From Squalus acanthias (Eukaryota): DNA of 64,000 nucleotides. The DNA is taken from NCBI GenBank assembly GCA_030390025.1, contig CM059432.1:135782001-135846000 (forward strand). The letters are read 5' to 3'. The position numbers were made by a program, and so were the translations under genes. The notes under the pieces were generated by a model. The model was given only the letters and a program-made list of their open reading frames with translations, searched no databases and was not told the origin of the DNA. How positions within the stretch are numbered: the first letter of the stretch is position 1; the number at the start of each line of letters is the position of its first letter. This document shows, piece by piece, positions 50,326 through 63,940 of the stretch.

Positions 50326-50858
50326 TTCATGAAGCTCTTGCCTGCTTCAAATGAGAGCTTCAAGTATCTGTCCTGCAACTGACTGCATATTGGAACGGGG
50401 GCTAAATTAGGTTGCAATCTAATGAAACTCATTTAGTTCCAGAGCATCCTATCTGTTTCCAGTTAATTAGGGTGCATTGGACATTGCCTTCTTGAGGCAA
50501 GGGGAGAAACTTGGCATAAAAGTAGCAAACATGTAATAAAGTAACCCAACACAAGTCTGATCAAAGGCTAAAAATCCAATGTATCATTCCTTTGCACTCT
50601 GATTAGCTAGAACTTTGAATCTGACCATAATCTTGATCTTAAGCCTTAATGTTTTTGGGTAAATAAATTATATATTTAATCAGGATTAAAATGATTACAT
50701 TTATCAGAAAACAGTGAAAATTAAACATACAGTATCTTTTGAGCCCCCTCAAAAAAAGTAGCTGACAACTGATAAAAGTCCTTGAGTAGAAGCCAACGGT
50801 CCCATAGAAGCAACTAGTTATAATTAAGATGAAAGTGGGGGCACAGGTTTGTCATAAG

Positions 50859-51325
50859 TGTCAGCTGTGGCTCAGTGGGTAGCACGCTCACCTCTGAGTT
50901 AGAAAGTTGCGGGTTCAAGTCCCACCCCAGGGACTTGCGCACATAAAGCTAGGCTGAAACTCCAGTGCAGTGCTGAGGGAGTGCTGCACTGTTGGAGGTG
51001 CTGTCTTTCGGATGAGACGTTAAACTGAGGTCCCATCTCCCCTCTCAGGTGGACGTAAAAGATCCCATGGCACTATTTCGAAGAAGAGTAGGGGAGTTAT
51101 TCCCGGTGTCCTGGTCAATATTTGTCCCTCAACCAGCATAACAAAAACAGATTATCTGGTCATTATCACATTGCTGTTTGTGGGAGCTTGCTGTGTGCAA
51201 ATTGGCTGCTGTGTTTCCCACATTACAACAGTGACTCCACTTCAAAAGTACTTCATTGACTGTAAAGCGCTTTGAGATGTCCGGTGATCGTGAAAGGCGC
51301 TATATAAATGCAAGTCTTTCTTTCT
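50859..51325 (+). mobile_element. Full-length DeuSINE
   Basis: A box TGGCTCAGTGG, B box GGTTCAAGTCC, Deu domain and tail. Confidence 0.92.
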
Positions 51326-51569
51326 TTATAACTTAAGCCAAAGTATATCCTAATTTCCCCCGAAAAAAGTGAAGTACATGAAAGTGCAGCAATGGTGAAT
51401 TTGAAAATGCCAAAGGCTTATGTTGAAAGGGTAAAGATTTATCTTCTTGGCGCTTCTGAGAGCCTGCTGCTTCAGAACATTTTGATTTTTAATATTTTAT
51501 TTGCTGCATCTTCCATAAGTTTGTAATTCTGCTGCAGGGCTGAAAGCAAATGAGTGTCTTCAATGTAAT

Positions 51570-52810
51570 GGCCTCGAAATTGGGCGAGACCACTTTTAGG
51601 CCACGCGGAGGGCCATAGTTTGTACCCAACCCCGTGTTGGAATGGTGAGGCCCGAGGCTCTCCAGATATTAGACTCGGGCCTCATTTCAATGTTACAAGT
51701 GAAGCAATAAGAGCCTGTCCTTCACGAGGACTCCAAATTTGGGCTGCTTCCAGTCTCTTAGCAGCTCCCAGGTAAGCATTGTGTTGTTAAAATGGGCAGG
51801 TGCAGGGAAACTTTCCTCTGATGGGGAAACCAAGAACAATTGGACATAATCTTAAAATTAGAACTCGACCATTCAGGAGAGAAATCAAGAAGCACTTTTT
51901 CACACAAAGGGTAGCCAAAATCTAGAATCCTTTCCCCCAAAAGGCTGTGGATGCTGGTACAATTGAAGCTTTCAAGACTGAGATCGCTAGGTTTTTGTTA
52001 GGTACGGTATCTAGGGATATGGAGCATCTTGTAAAGCGAATGGACCCAGTAGACTATAGTCTGTAAGTGGATAGACAGCTAACCTTAATAACAGTCAGGA
52101 TTATATTACAAAGGTGATATTATAAAATTACTTACCTGCTGATCAGCCTCACCTGGCAGGAGCACACATCAGGAATTTGGCCATGCACCTTCAATGTTTT
52201 TTTTTGTCCTGTGGCACAGATGGTGACTGAGAAAGACACTACAGAGTAAATGGAGTTGAGGTACAGATCAGTCATGATCCAATTGAATGGCAGAACAGGC
52301 TTGAGGGGCTGAATGGCCTACTCCTCTGGTGATCGGGAGGGGGGTTCAGAGGTCTGGGATTGGAGAGGGGCCTCAGTTGGGGATCGGGAGGGGAGGCTGG
52401 GGGCCCAGGATCGGTAGTGGGGAGAGGAAATGGATTAAATGTGGGTTCAGGAGGAGCACTCCTGCGCCTCCCAACTCCACATTCAGAGAAGTTACTTTAC
52501 TTCTTTGTTGTAGGTGATCCCTAGGACTGGCTTCCCTGATTGCAGGCGGCGATGATGTGGGCTGCCTCAGGGCAAACCAGACTTGGAGAGAGGACCTCAA
52601 ACAGGCTGTAGGGCCCTAATTTGCATATGCAAAGGGCTAACGCCTGCTTCAGGTGTGGGTAAAGGACGCCTCTTGTTTTCCCTTACCTAATATGGCGGCC
52701 GGAACGCTTCCGGCCGGAAGAGTGCGCACATTTCCTGCTCGCCATTTTGAGGACTTAGTAGGTTGCTTAGCGCCTGACAACTGGGCGCAACGCAGCCCAA
52801 TTTCAAGGCC
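51570..52810. mobile_element. Harbinger-type non-autonomous element containing CR1 fragments
   Basis: TIR GGCCTCGAAATTGGGC / GCCCAATTTCAAGGCC; CR1 pieces at ~51800-52025 and ~52245-52325. Confidence 0.75.
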
Positions 52811-53660
52811 ATAAAATCTTGCGCAAGACAGAAATTCAGCAAAGACATGTCATTGAACTCAATTGGTGTGGGAAAGGATGTGAGCTGAGTTTAGAATTAC
52901 ACATGGTTAACTTTTTGTTCTTGTGTAATTGAATTCTTTACACCCAGTGGTGAGAATATGGAACTCGCTGCTACATGGAGTGTTTTTTTAATTCATTCTC
53001 GGGATGTGGGCGTCTCTGGCAAGGCTGGCCTTTATTGCCCATCCCTAGTTGCCCTTGAGAAGTTGGTGGTGGGCCATTTTCTTGAACCGCTGCAGTCCGT
53101 GTGGTGAAGATACTCCCACATAGGGAGTTCCAGGATTGTGACCTGGTGGCGATGAAGGAACATCATTGAAGCAGGTAGTATTAACACATTTAGGGGGAAG
53201 ATTGGTGCATACATGAGGGAGAAGGGGATAGACTGATATGAGGGAAGGGTGGGAATAGGTAATTTGAGTGGGCGGAGGCTCATGTGGAATGTAGACCATA
53301 AACTGAATGGCCTGTCGCTGTCCTGTAAATTCTATGTAATGAATAAAGCTGTTGGTGTTGTAAAGTAAGTGCAGCAGGCTTGGGAATGCTGCCATTTTTC
53401 TTTTTTTTTCCTGCATAAAGCTGTGCCCAAGGAACATTCTTCACACAACTCATCGCAATACACAAGGGATTCTGTTGTAGCCATTTATCATCTTCCAATT
53501 ATATTTAAACAGTCATATGAACGGGCTATCAAACCCATTCACCGCCTCATTGTGCTAATAGTCCACATACCCACTCTTGACTTTGGCTTCTTGTTCTCCT
53601 GCCCCTAACCCCTTTGTTTTGTTCGGTTCTATAAGCAGTCTTGCTTATCCTCTACTTCTC

Positions 53661-53696
53661 AGTTCTGACAAAGGGTTGAACCTTGAAACGTTAACC
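53661..53696 (+). ncRNA. Degenerate Penelope-type hammerhead motif (variant helix II)
   Basis: AGTT-CTGACAA-AGGGT-TGA-ACCTT-GAAA-CGTT-AAC; core G-to-A change. Confidence 0.5.
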
Positions 53697-54107
53697 TGTG
53701 CCTTCCGAAATAGAGATGGACATACTACATTTTTAAAAAGTTTTTCTCATTTTATCTGATCACAGCACAACTAAATTCATATGCTGGAAAATAAGAGCTC
53801 TCGATCCGTTATTCTCAAAATAGGAAATTATATGAAGTAACCTATTTGGTACAATAATCAAGAATATGGCATAATGGCATGATTCCAACAATTAAAATGA
53901 TTTACTTGCAGTTTGTGGCACCAGGAGCATTTAGAATTGGGAAACTCCTGGCATGTTTATTCCATGCATGGACTCCCATTAAAGCTAACACATCAAGAAG
54001 GAGACCTGGGGATAATAGTTGATAACTCATTAAAGATGCACAAGCAGTGTGAGGTGGCTGTACGGAGGACAAATAGGGTCTTGGATTGTATTGTTAGGAT
54101 GATTGGA

Positions 54108-54512
54108 TGACCTACATTGGCTCCCGGTCCAGTAATGCCTCAATTTTAAAATTCTCACCCTTGTTTTCAAATCCCTCCATGGCCTCGCCCCCTCCCTATC
54201 TCTGTAACCTCCTCCAGTCCTACAACCCTCCGAGATCTCTGCGTTCCTCCAATTCTGGCTTCTTACGCATCCCGGAATTTAATCATTGGCGGCCGTGCCT
54301 TCAGCCGCCTAGGCCCTAAGCTCAGGAATTCCCTCCCTAAACCTCTCCACCTCTCTACCTCTCTCTCCTCCTTGAAGACACTCGTTAAAACCTACCTCTT
54401 TGACCAAACTTTTGGTCACCTATCCTAATACCTCCTATTGTTTGATAATCGCTCCTGTGAACCGCCTTGGAACATTACTATGTTAAAGGTGCTATATAAA
54501 TGCAACTTGTTG
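54108..54512 (+). mobile_element. L2 3' end inserted in an old CR1 fragment
   Basis: L2 tail; the upstream CR1 remnant reads EGDLGIIVDNSLKMHKQC. Confidence 0.85.
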
Positions 54513-56540
54513 TGGATGAGTATGAATAAAGAGTACTATACTTAGGCTATCTAAGACTTGGTGCATTGGCAGAGGTATAAGAGCAGGTCACCTGCCTGTC
54601 ATATCAACTAGGGCATGGGTGGAATTTAAAGATGAGGAGGACTGGGAGGGAGCGGGATAAGAAACGCAGCATTTACTTTAAATATATCTTTTAAGTTGCT
54701 ATGAGCTTTGAATGTGATATTTAAAGGAAACCACACATATAGAGCAGATTACAATCTAGTTAAAAAAAAAGTAAAAATAAAAATAAAAGTAGATTATGGA
54801 TGGATCTTTCACATTATTCAGTACGTAGCTTTGACTAAACACAGTAGTTTTAACAACAAAACAATGCACCTATTCAGTTCAATGAACTTGACTCACTCAG
54901 GTGATTCATCCAGTCTAAGCGAATGTTAAACAAATATTATGAGAAATAAAATAAGGGCATTAAATTTCAAAAAAGCACGTAAATTTCAGGGCAGTTCACA
55001 GGACTGTCTGGCGACATCACTGGCATTGCTTTTAATCACATTAACAATCAAAATATTGTGCTGCTGCGCAAAGGTGAGAATTACATGCAGACGCTTGCAT
55101 GTTGTTCGATGATTCAGGGTAACAGTAATTCAATGCACCTGGTGTTGGTTTAAGGTTAAAAAGAAAAGTAAGAAAATCAGCATCCCAGACCATGAGCAAC
55201 GTTCATGTTGCAGATCACAGGCTTCTCACCAAGTTCCGCCCATGTTTTATTGCAGCGATGCCCAAGATGAGGAGATATATCACGCTGAGTGGCTTCTGCC
55301 CCTTTATTCACAGTGTAATCGGAAAGCCTTTGAGAAGGAACACCCAATAAAAGTCACAGAGTGAATTAACACATGTAACAAAAATGGCAGTGACTCGCTT
55401 TCTTTAATTAGAGGTGGTTGAGGTGGTTGGGGCACCTGCGGAATAGCTATTATTTTCGTAATCATTTATTACAGGTTATATTAACCAGTGAGGCTCAGGG
55501 CTGAGTTTTCAGCCCAACGGCCTGACAGAAATGGGGCGGTCGTGGCCTGAAAATGGTGGGCAATGAGCTACAGCCATGTTGCCATGGCAATGATCACTGG
55601 GGCCTACCGCTGTGCAGCCGGAGCACCCTCTAACACTCCCCCCACCACCCCGGAGTCAGGTGGTCGGCCCATTTAAAATAGAAATTGGGGTTCTATGACT
55701 TCTGCCTTGAAGTAGCGTGGGTTCCTGCCGATATTGGGCCTCCCGTCCCCACCAAGAGAGGTGTAGCCATTGAACAGCGTTAGCAGCGCTGGCTGCATGC
55801 ACAGATCATTGAAACGCCTAACAATTAGCGTGGGTGAACAACCCACCGCCCCCACAACGCACATTTGACCGTGCTATTGAACAAATGCCCTTGTTAGAGA
55901 TTTAGGACTGAGAGCAGAAGAAACTTTTTTTACACCGAGAGTTATGCAGCTGTGAAATGCACTACTGGAGCTAGCAATTAAAGCAGAGACCCTGTTGGCA
56001 TTTCAGAATAGGTTGGAGAGGTGGTTGAAGGAAAGGGGAAGAAAATTAAAATCATTTTATTGTGTTTAAGTACAAGTGGTGTTTGAGTGTATGGTAGTGT
56101 TTGAAATGGAATTTCCTTGGGGTTTCTCCTGATTGGCCACCATAACTTCAGCGGAGAATTGGTGGAAATCCCATTTCTACGATGTAAATCTCTTTGAGCG
56201 TGTTGTCTCCTCAGTTTTCTCACAATTCCGACTCTCTATTTTCCCTTTTTGTGAAGCACCTTGGAATGTGTTACTATGTTAAAGGTGCTATATAAGTGCA
56301 AATTGTTGTTTAAATCATGAACTTATCTGCTTACCTTGTGTATGAGCCCTATTCCTAACTGTTCTTTGGATGACTTAGCTTTAGTTATGGGTAACAGTTC
56401 ACTCAAATGGAAAGCTGCAGGGGATTGAGAAGGCCCACTATCTCTTATCTGTCTCTATGACTCGGTAACAGTTTATATATGTTTAAAAGCCCAGGCTTTC
56501 TGAGGACCTGTGCTGCTAACAGGGCATTGCATTCTGGTAG

Positions 56541-56985
56541 TGTCAGCCATGGCTCAGTTGGTAGCATTCATTGCCTATGAGTCATGAAGGTTGTGAGTTC
56601 ATGGTCCCACTCCAGAGATTTGAGCACAAAATCTAAGCTGACACTCCAGTGCAGTACTGTTGGAGGTGCTGTCTTTTGGATGAGACATCAAAACCCAGGC
56701 CCTGTCTGCCTTCTCAGATGGTTGTAAAGGATCTGACGGTGAGATTTGAAGAAGAGCAGGGGAGTTCTCCCAGTGTTCTGGCCAATATTTATCCCTCAAT
56801 CAACATCGCTAAAACAGCTTATCTGATTATTATCTATTTGCTGTTTGTGGGAGCTTGCTGTGCACAAATTTGGATGGCACGTTTCCTACAAAGCAACAGT
56901 GACTTCACTTCTAAAGTACTTCATTGGCAGTAAAGTGCTTTGGATCTCTTGAGGTCATGAAAGGTGCTATATAAATGCAAGTCTG
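56541..56985 (+). mobile_element. DeuSINE (older copy)
   Basis: Head, Deu domain and tail are all recognisable. Confidence 0.88.
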
Positions 56986-57719
56986 TCTCTCTGTCCTTAT
57001 TTCTTTTATTTCAGTGTGGGACCTTAATCACCTGCTTGATTTGGGGGAAATTTTGAGGCCTGTCCTTCAGGCTTTCACAGCCCTCATAATGACATGCAAA
57101 TACAGGTTCTAATGACCTTGCATAATTTTGCAACATCGGGCGAGGCTCTGTCCGCAGTATAACATTTGCCTGCACTGAGGTGGAAATCGGTGAGGCCTGC
57201 TTGTTAGGCTTTCTTAGAAGCAAGAAGGTAAATTTTCTTCACCTTTTTTGAGGGGGTGGGGGGGCGGCTTTTAGGTACCTTTGACTACATTTGGCAGCGT
57301 GCATTAGTTGATTTTACAAGAAAGACCTCCATTTTTGAATGTGTATTTCAAACACCAATACTTGTCTTCATTATTCCTAGTAATAAGAGATGAGGATATT
57401 TATGTCTTTGGTGATTCTGCATAATTGAAATGTGGAAGTGCAATTTGTGAGGGACCCACCAAATGCAGGTGCAATAACCTCTGCGCACATCCATCGCTGC
57501 CTTGGGACATGTACCTGGGCATGTCAGAGGAGTCATGTCTTCATCACCTCTGCATCATACAGTAGTTGCCATACAGTTGTGCCATCTGCTGTACAACGGT
57601 TTGCATTTGGATTGAGGAGATTTTTCCCGTAGAAGTGTAGCTTACCACAGCATGAAGTTTTCATGTCATTTCTTCCTTCCAACGCACCACAGGGAAAATC
57701 TGCCACACCACGCACACTT

Positions 57720-58515
57720 CAACTTGCATTTATATATTTATACAGCACCTTTAAAGTAGTAAAACATCCCAAGGCGCTTCACAGGAGCGTTAACAAACAA
57801 AATTTGACACCGAGCTACATAAAGAGTTATTGGGACAGGTGACCAAAAGCTTGGCGTACCGTGTCTGCAGTGTGTACCATCTACAAGATGCACCGCAGCA
57901 ACTCGCCAAGGGCTTCTTCGGCAGCACCTCCCAAACCCGCGACCTCTTCCACCTAGAAGGACAAGGGCAGGAGGCGCATGGGAACACCACCACCTCCAAG
58001 TTCCCCTCCAAGTCACACACCATCCTGACTTAGAAGTATATCGCCGATCCTTCATTGTCGCTGGGTCAAAATCCTGGAACTCCCTACCTAACAGCACTGT
58101 GGGAGTACCTTCACCACACGGACTGCAGCGGTTCAAGAAGGCGGCTCACCACCACCTTCTCAAGGGCAATTAGGGATGGGCAATAAATGCTGGCCTTGCC
58201 AGCAACACCCACATCCCATAAACGAATAAAAAAAAAGTAGGTTTTAAGGAGCGTCTGAAAGGAGGAGAGCGAGGCGGAGAGGCTTAGGGAAGGAATTCCA
58301 AAACTTAGGGCCGAGGCAGCTGAAGGCACGGCCACCAATGTTGGAGGGAAGGAAATCGGGGATGCGCAAGAGGCCAAAATTGGAGGAGCGCAGAGATCTC
58401 GGAGGGTTGTGGGGCTGGAGGAGGTTACAGAGGTCGGGAGGGGCGAGGCCTTGGAGGGATTTGAACACAAGGATGAGAATTTTAAAATCGAGGCTTTTGT
58501 AGGTCAGCGAGCACA
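57720..58515 (-). mobile_element. L2 3' end split by Crack-like LINE 3' end (57857-58233, + strand)
   Basis: L2 breaks at CAAAAGCTTGGC and resumes at GTAGGTTTTAAGG. Confidence 0.85.
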
Positions 58516-59244
58516 CCAGTGGTGAACACTCTGACTTGAAGCAATTATCAGCTACGGACATGTCCTCACAAATATATTATATTGCAGACAAGGAAGTTCA
58601 TGTGCTTTGTGATGTCTTAACAAGTTCTTGCTTCTGTTGCTTAGCTGTGGGCTGCCCTACCTCAGCAAAAGCCTCTTTCTCCATTACACAATCCTCAAAG
58701 ACAACTATGGGAATGAATACAGTTTTGTTGTGCCTTTCCTCTACAGTTGGATGAATGAAATACTCATAACTTATGCTCGTTAAGTGGCTCATTAGCTACT
58801 TGGAAATGGAGCATTATTACACATGGATCATGATTGGCTAGTTTTCTGCTGTTTGTTGATATTGGGTTACACAAAATCATTCGGAGCAAAATTGCTCTCA
58901 CCTGCCATGTGGATTGGTAGATTGGTAATCGTCAAAATTTACACAAAAAAATAGATAATTACAAATTCTCACTGATGGCTCCATTGATAAATGGCCTGGA
59001 AATTCCACATGGTGTGTCGCATCACTTTTACGCCAATGAAAAATGAGTTGCACCTGCCGATAGCCTGGAGAGGTATTTACACTAGAATTTCCGGTGCCAG
59101 CTCATTTGCATATCCATTGGAGTAGTGATTGGTGTAAAGGCTCTGTAAGGCAGGAGTTATCTACTGGGTTGCGTGGAAATTAAAGTGTAGCCTTCGGAAA
59201 GGTGGTTCTGGCTGTAGATTGCTGTAGCAGGTATGTAAGGAATA

Positions 59245-61336
59245 CGCCCCCACCTCAATGAATTTCGAGCTCGGCACAATGCTGAGCTCTTTTTCTGCCA
59301 CCTTCGTCCTCCGTGCCCACTTCTTTGGCCAGGAGTCTTCCCCCCGCACGGCTGACCCTTTCTCCTGCTTTCAGAATTCTCGTTCTACCTGAACCCCTCC
59401 CTCTGACCTCTTAACCTTCTCCAGATCTTTTCATTGCAAACTGCCGGCGTGACATCGGCCGTCTCCATTTCTCTGCTCCCCTCACTCACTCCAACCTACC
59501 TCCCTCTGAACTTGCAGCACTCCATTCGCTCAGATCCAACCCCAACATTGTCATTAAACCTGCTGACAAGGGTGGTGCTGTTGTTGTTTGGCGAACCGAC
59601 CTCTACCTAGCGGAAGCTGAACGCCAACTCTCCGACACCTCCTCCTACCTCCGCCTGGACCATGACCCCACTACGGAACATCAAGCCACCGTTTCCAAGA
59701 CTCTCACTGACCTCATCTCCTCTGGAGATCTTCCCCCCACTGCTGCCAACCTCATAGTTCCCCAACCCTGCACAGCCCGCTTCTACCTCCTTCCTAAGAT
59801 CCACAAACAGGACTGCCCTGGTAGACCCATCGTTTCAGCCTGTTCTTGCCCCATGGAACTTATCTCTTCCTATCTCGACTCTATTTTTTCTCCCCTTGTC
59901 CAGTCTCTTCCCACCTACATCCGCGACTCTTCCGACGCCCTCCGCCACTTTAACAGTTTCCAGTTTCCTGGCCCCAACCGTCTCCTTTTCACTATGGACG
60001 TCCAATCCCTCTACACCTCCATCCCCCACCAGGATGGCCCAAGGGCGCTCCGCTTCTTCCTTGAACAGAGGCCCAACCAGTCCCCATCCACCACCACCCT
60101 CCTCCGCCTGGCTGAACTTGTTCTCACATTGAACAACTTCTCCTTTGACTCCACTCACTTCCTCCAAATCAAAGGTGTTGCTATGGGAACCCGCATGGGT
60201 CCTAGCTATGCCTGTCTTTTCGTGGGATATGTGGAACACTCTTTGTTCCAGTCCTATTCAGGTCCCCTCCCTCACCTCTTTTTCCGGTACATTGATGACT
60301 GTATCGGTGCCGTTTCCTGCTCTCGCCCTGAACTAGATAATTTCATCCACTTTGCTTCCAATTGCCACCCTTCCCTCACCTTCACATGATCCATCTCCGA
60401 CTCTTCCCTTCCCTTCCTCGACTTCTCCGTCTCCATCTCTGGGGATAGGTTAAACATTCACTACAAGCCCACTGACTCCCACAGCTACCTGGACTACACT
60501 TCCTCCCACCCCGCTTCCTGTAAGGACTCTATTCCATTCTCCCAGTTTCTCTGTCTCCGCCGCATCTGCTCTGACAATGCCACCTTCCATACCAGTGTTT
60601 CCGACATGTCTTCCTTTTTCCTCAACCGAGGACTCCCCTCTACTGTGGTTGACATGGACCTTGACCGTGTCCGTTCTATCTCCTGCACTTCTGCCCTCAC
60701 CCCTGCCCCTCCCTCCCAGAACCACGATAGAGTTCCCCTTGTCCTCACCTTTCACCCCACCAGCCTTCACATTCAACGGATCATCCTTCGCCATTTCCGC
60801 CACCTCCAGCGTGATCCCACCACCAAACACATCTTACCCTCGCCTCCCCTTTCAGCATTCCAAAGGGACCGCTCCCTCTGCGACACCCTGGTCCATTCCT
60901 CTATCACCCTCAACACCCTTCGCCCAGCACCTTCCCATGCAAGCGCAGGAGATGCAACACATGCCCTTATACCTCCCCCCTTCCCACTGTCCAGGGCCCC
61001 AAACACCCCTTCCAGTGACTTACTTGTACTTCTTGCAATTTAGTATACTGTATTCGCTGCTCACGATGCGGTCTCCTCTACATTGGGGAGACCAAACGCA
61101 GATTGGGTAACCACTTTGCAGAACACCTCCGTTCAGTCCGTAAGGGGGACACCGAGCTTCCAGTCGCCTGTCACTTTAATTCTCCGCTCCACTCCCACTC
61201 AGACCTCACCGTCCTCGGCCTCTTGCATTGTTCCACTGAAGCTCAGCGTAAGCTCGAGGAACAGCACCTCATCTTTCGATTAGGCACTTTACAGCCTTCT
61301 GGACTCAACATAGAGTTCAACAATTTCAGATCATAA
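59245..61336 (+). pseudogene. Penelope reverse transcriptase + GIY-YIG endonuclease
   Basis: KPADKGGAVVV, FYLLPKIHK, TMDVQSLYTSIP, GVAMGTRMGPSYA, FRYIDD; YCIRCSRCGLLYIGETKRRL..EH..HF..EQHLIFRLGTLQPSGLN; stops and frameshifts. Confidence 0.93.
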
Positions 61337-61636
61337 CCTCGGCCCCTATCATATATATATTTTTTATCCACACATTTTGTTTGTGTCTTTTCTTCTCTCC
61401 CACATGGCAGCTGTCTTTCATTCTGCCAGCGCAATTCACACTTCATCTAGAGCCATCCTTTGTTTCTTAACCTGTCCCATTACCATCTCCTTTTGCCTTG
61501 AATATCTCTTAATGTCTCTTAACCTCTCCTGCCTTCTATCCTATCACAGACCTTCCCTTTCGTTCTTTCCTCCCCTCCCCCCATTTCCCAGCCCCTACAC
61601 CTGCTTAAAAATCTGTTCCATTTCCTGCTTTTTTCC

Positions 61637-61673
61637 AGTTCTGACAAAAGGTCATCGACCTGAAGCGTTAACT
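61637..61673 (+). ncRNA. Penelope hammerhead motif, core mutated
   Basis: AGTT-CTGACAA-A-AGGTC-ATC-GACCT-GAAG-CGTT-AACT; helix I is intact (AGTT/AACT) but there are two core substitutions. Confidence 0.6.
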
Positions 61674-61899
61674 CTGTTTCTCTCTTCACAGATGCTGCCT
61701 GACCTGCTGAGTATCTCCAGCATTTTCTGTTTTTATTTCAGATTTCCAGCATCTGCAGTATTTTCTTTTTGTGTAAGGAATAGTACCTGGCTCAGTCAGT
61801 TGGCTGTCAGCTAGTTGGACTGGATGTCCCATGACTGTTTTTATGTCACTTTACAAGAATGTCTTGACACAGGATAACCTGGCAAAGGCAGCCAAAGAA

Positions 61900-62115
61900 G
61901 GCACAAGGACACGGTAGGGAAGAAGATGCCAGAATTTGACAAGAGTCAGATCTGCATGATGTAATAGAGCAGAGGAGGGATGGATGTTCATGGCAGAAAA
62001 ACTGCCAAAACAGTGACTCATGCCATGTGGAGGGAGCTGGCACTGGCACTGAGTGCCAATTCTCATATTCCCAGGTGAAAAAAATCCAATGATCTGACCA
62101 GGGTAGGCAAGGAAA
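61900..62115 (+). pseudogene. Harbinger Myb/SANT remnant (host element of the Penelope insertion)
   Basis: WRELALALSANSHIPR..KKSNDLTRVGK; Harbinger-like left end GGCCTGGAAATTCC near 58993. Confidence 0.55.
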
Positions 62116-62519
62116 CTCATGGGCTACTCTTCCTTTTCTTCCTAGGGCACCCTGGGCATCAGCGCACGCTTGACCCTCTACAAGTAACAGCTGTACAATT
62201 AACCCTTCACAATATACTTTGGTTAAGGGAAACACTAACTCAAGATCTCATAGTATGGCTACATATTTCCTCTCAAAGCAATTGTTTGGATGCGCAAGCC
62301 TAAAGCCCCTTTCTCCACTTTGACAGAGTGATACCACCACATCTCCTGCTTCAACTGGCTAATGCCAATTGGTACACACACCTCAGCTGCTAGTTTTTAT
62401 CTCATGTACTCACTTTGTTACAGTTGAAAATGGCACAAAATGCCTGTGAGAGGCAGGCCACTGGAGGGGGAACTCAATTGGAAACACCTCATGTCTGCGA
62501 GGAGAAGGTCAAGGAGTAA

Positions 62520-63940
62520 ATGGGGATCATCCTAGCACCACGATCGTCCTGGCTTCTTTGGTACACTACTAACTGGCTCCTTAAACCCCTCTACTCCATC
62601 CTCTCTACTTCCACCTCCAACAACAATGGATAATTTTGACTTTGTGTGAAGTCAATGGAAATAAAAATCAAGTGAGATGTAACAGGCTGCCGATTTGCTA
62701 TCACGTGTTTTACACTGCTGCCCACAGTCAAAATTACCCCCCACCACCCCCCAAATGTGAGGAGCTTACAAACTTCTTTGATCCTAAGATTGAGACCATC
62801 TGCCTCCGCAGCTTCCCCCTATCTTGTACACTAAGCAAAAATCTTCCCCCAAACTCTACCCTGCCCTAGCCCTGAAATGCGTCTTTCTCTAATTTCTCTC
62901 CTATCTCCTCTCCTGGTCTTATCAAGCTCACCTTGTCCAAGAGATCCACCTTCACCCTTCACCCCATTTTCACTAAGCTGTTGACCCACCTCAGCTTCCC
63001 TTCCTGGTTCACCTGCCAGCTGATATTGTAATTGGTTCCCTCTTCTCAAGTACTTCCCCCTCCATTTCAAAACTGCTGTCATCACCCCTTTCTCAAAAAA
63101 CTCACCCTTGACCCACCTTGTAAACTACCACCCCATCTTCAACCTCCCTTTCCTCTACAAAGTTCTTGAATGTGTTGTCATCTCTCAAATCCATGCCCAT
63201 CTTTCCCGCAACTCCATGTTTGAACCTTTCCAATCAGGTTTCTGACCCTGCCACAGCACTAAAATGGCCCTAATCATGAAATCACAAATGATGTCCTCCG
63301 TGACTGTGACCGTGGTACATTATCACTCCTCGTCCTCAACCTCTCTGCAGCCTTTGACACAGTCGACCACACCATCCTCCTTCAACATCTCTCCTCCGTT
63401 GTTTAGCTCAGTGGGACTGCCCTCGCTTAGTTCCGCTCTTATCTATCTAATCGTAGGTAGAGCATCTCCAACAATGACATCTCTTTCCGCCCCACACTGT
63501 TACCTCTGATGTCTTCCAAAGATCTATCTCTACATGCTACCTCTTGGCAACATCATCCAAAGACATCGGGTCAGCTTCCATGTGTAAGCTGACGACACCA
63601 AGCTTTACCTCTCCTCCACCTCTCTCGATCCTTCCACTGCTGCCTCTGTGCTGTCAGACTGCTTGTTTGACATCCAGTCTTGGATGTACCTCAATTTCCT
63701 CGAATTGAACATTGGGAAGACTGAAGCTCACATTTTCAGCCCCTGCCACATACGCCAGACCCTCATCACTGATTCCATTCCACTACCCAGCCGTTGTCTC
63801 AGATTGAACCAGACTGTTCGCAATTTCAGCATCCCAGCTCACTCTGAGTTAAGTTTTCAGCCCCATATCCTCTCCATCACAAAGACCGCTGACTTCCGCC
63901 TCTGTAACATTGCCTGCCTCTGCCTCTGCTTCAGCCCATC
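62520..63940 (+). mobile_element. L2 LINE RT region (degenerate), with small MITE at ~62628-62740
   Basis: FKTAVITP..NYHPI.NLPFL.KVLE..QSGF..HST..LSAAFDTVDH..ADDTQLY remnants. Confidence 0.88.

Larger units (their letters stand above)
59245..61771 (+). mobile_element. Penelope-like element (5'-truncated) with 11-bp TSD
   Basis: TGTAAGGAATA at 59234-59244 and 61772-61782; RT and GIY-YIG coding remnants; 3' UTR with hammerhead. Confidence 0.93.

Noticed and set aside
57430..57670. Very degenerate Harbinger transposase remnant (PPNAGAITSAHI resembling FP.V.GAIDCTHI)
   Set aside because: Similarity is too weak to list as a feature without a profile search.
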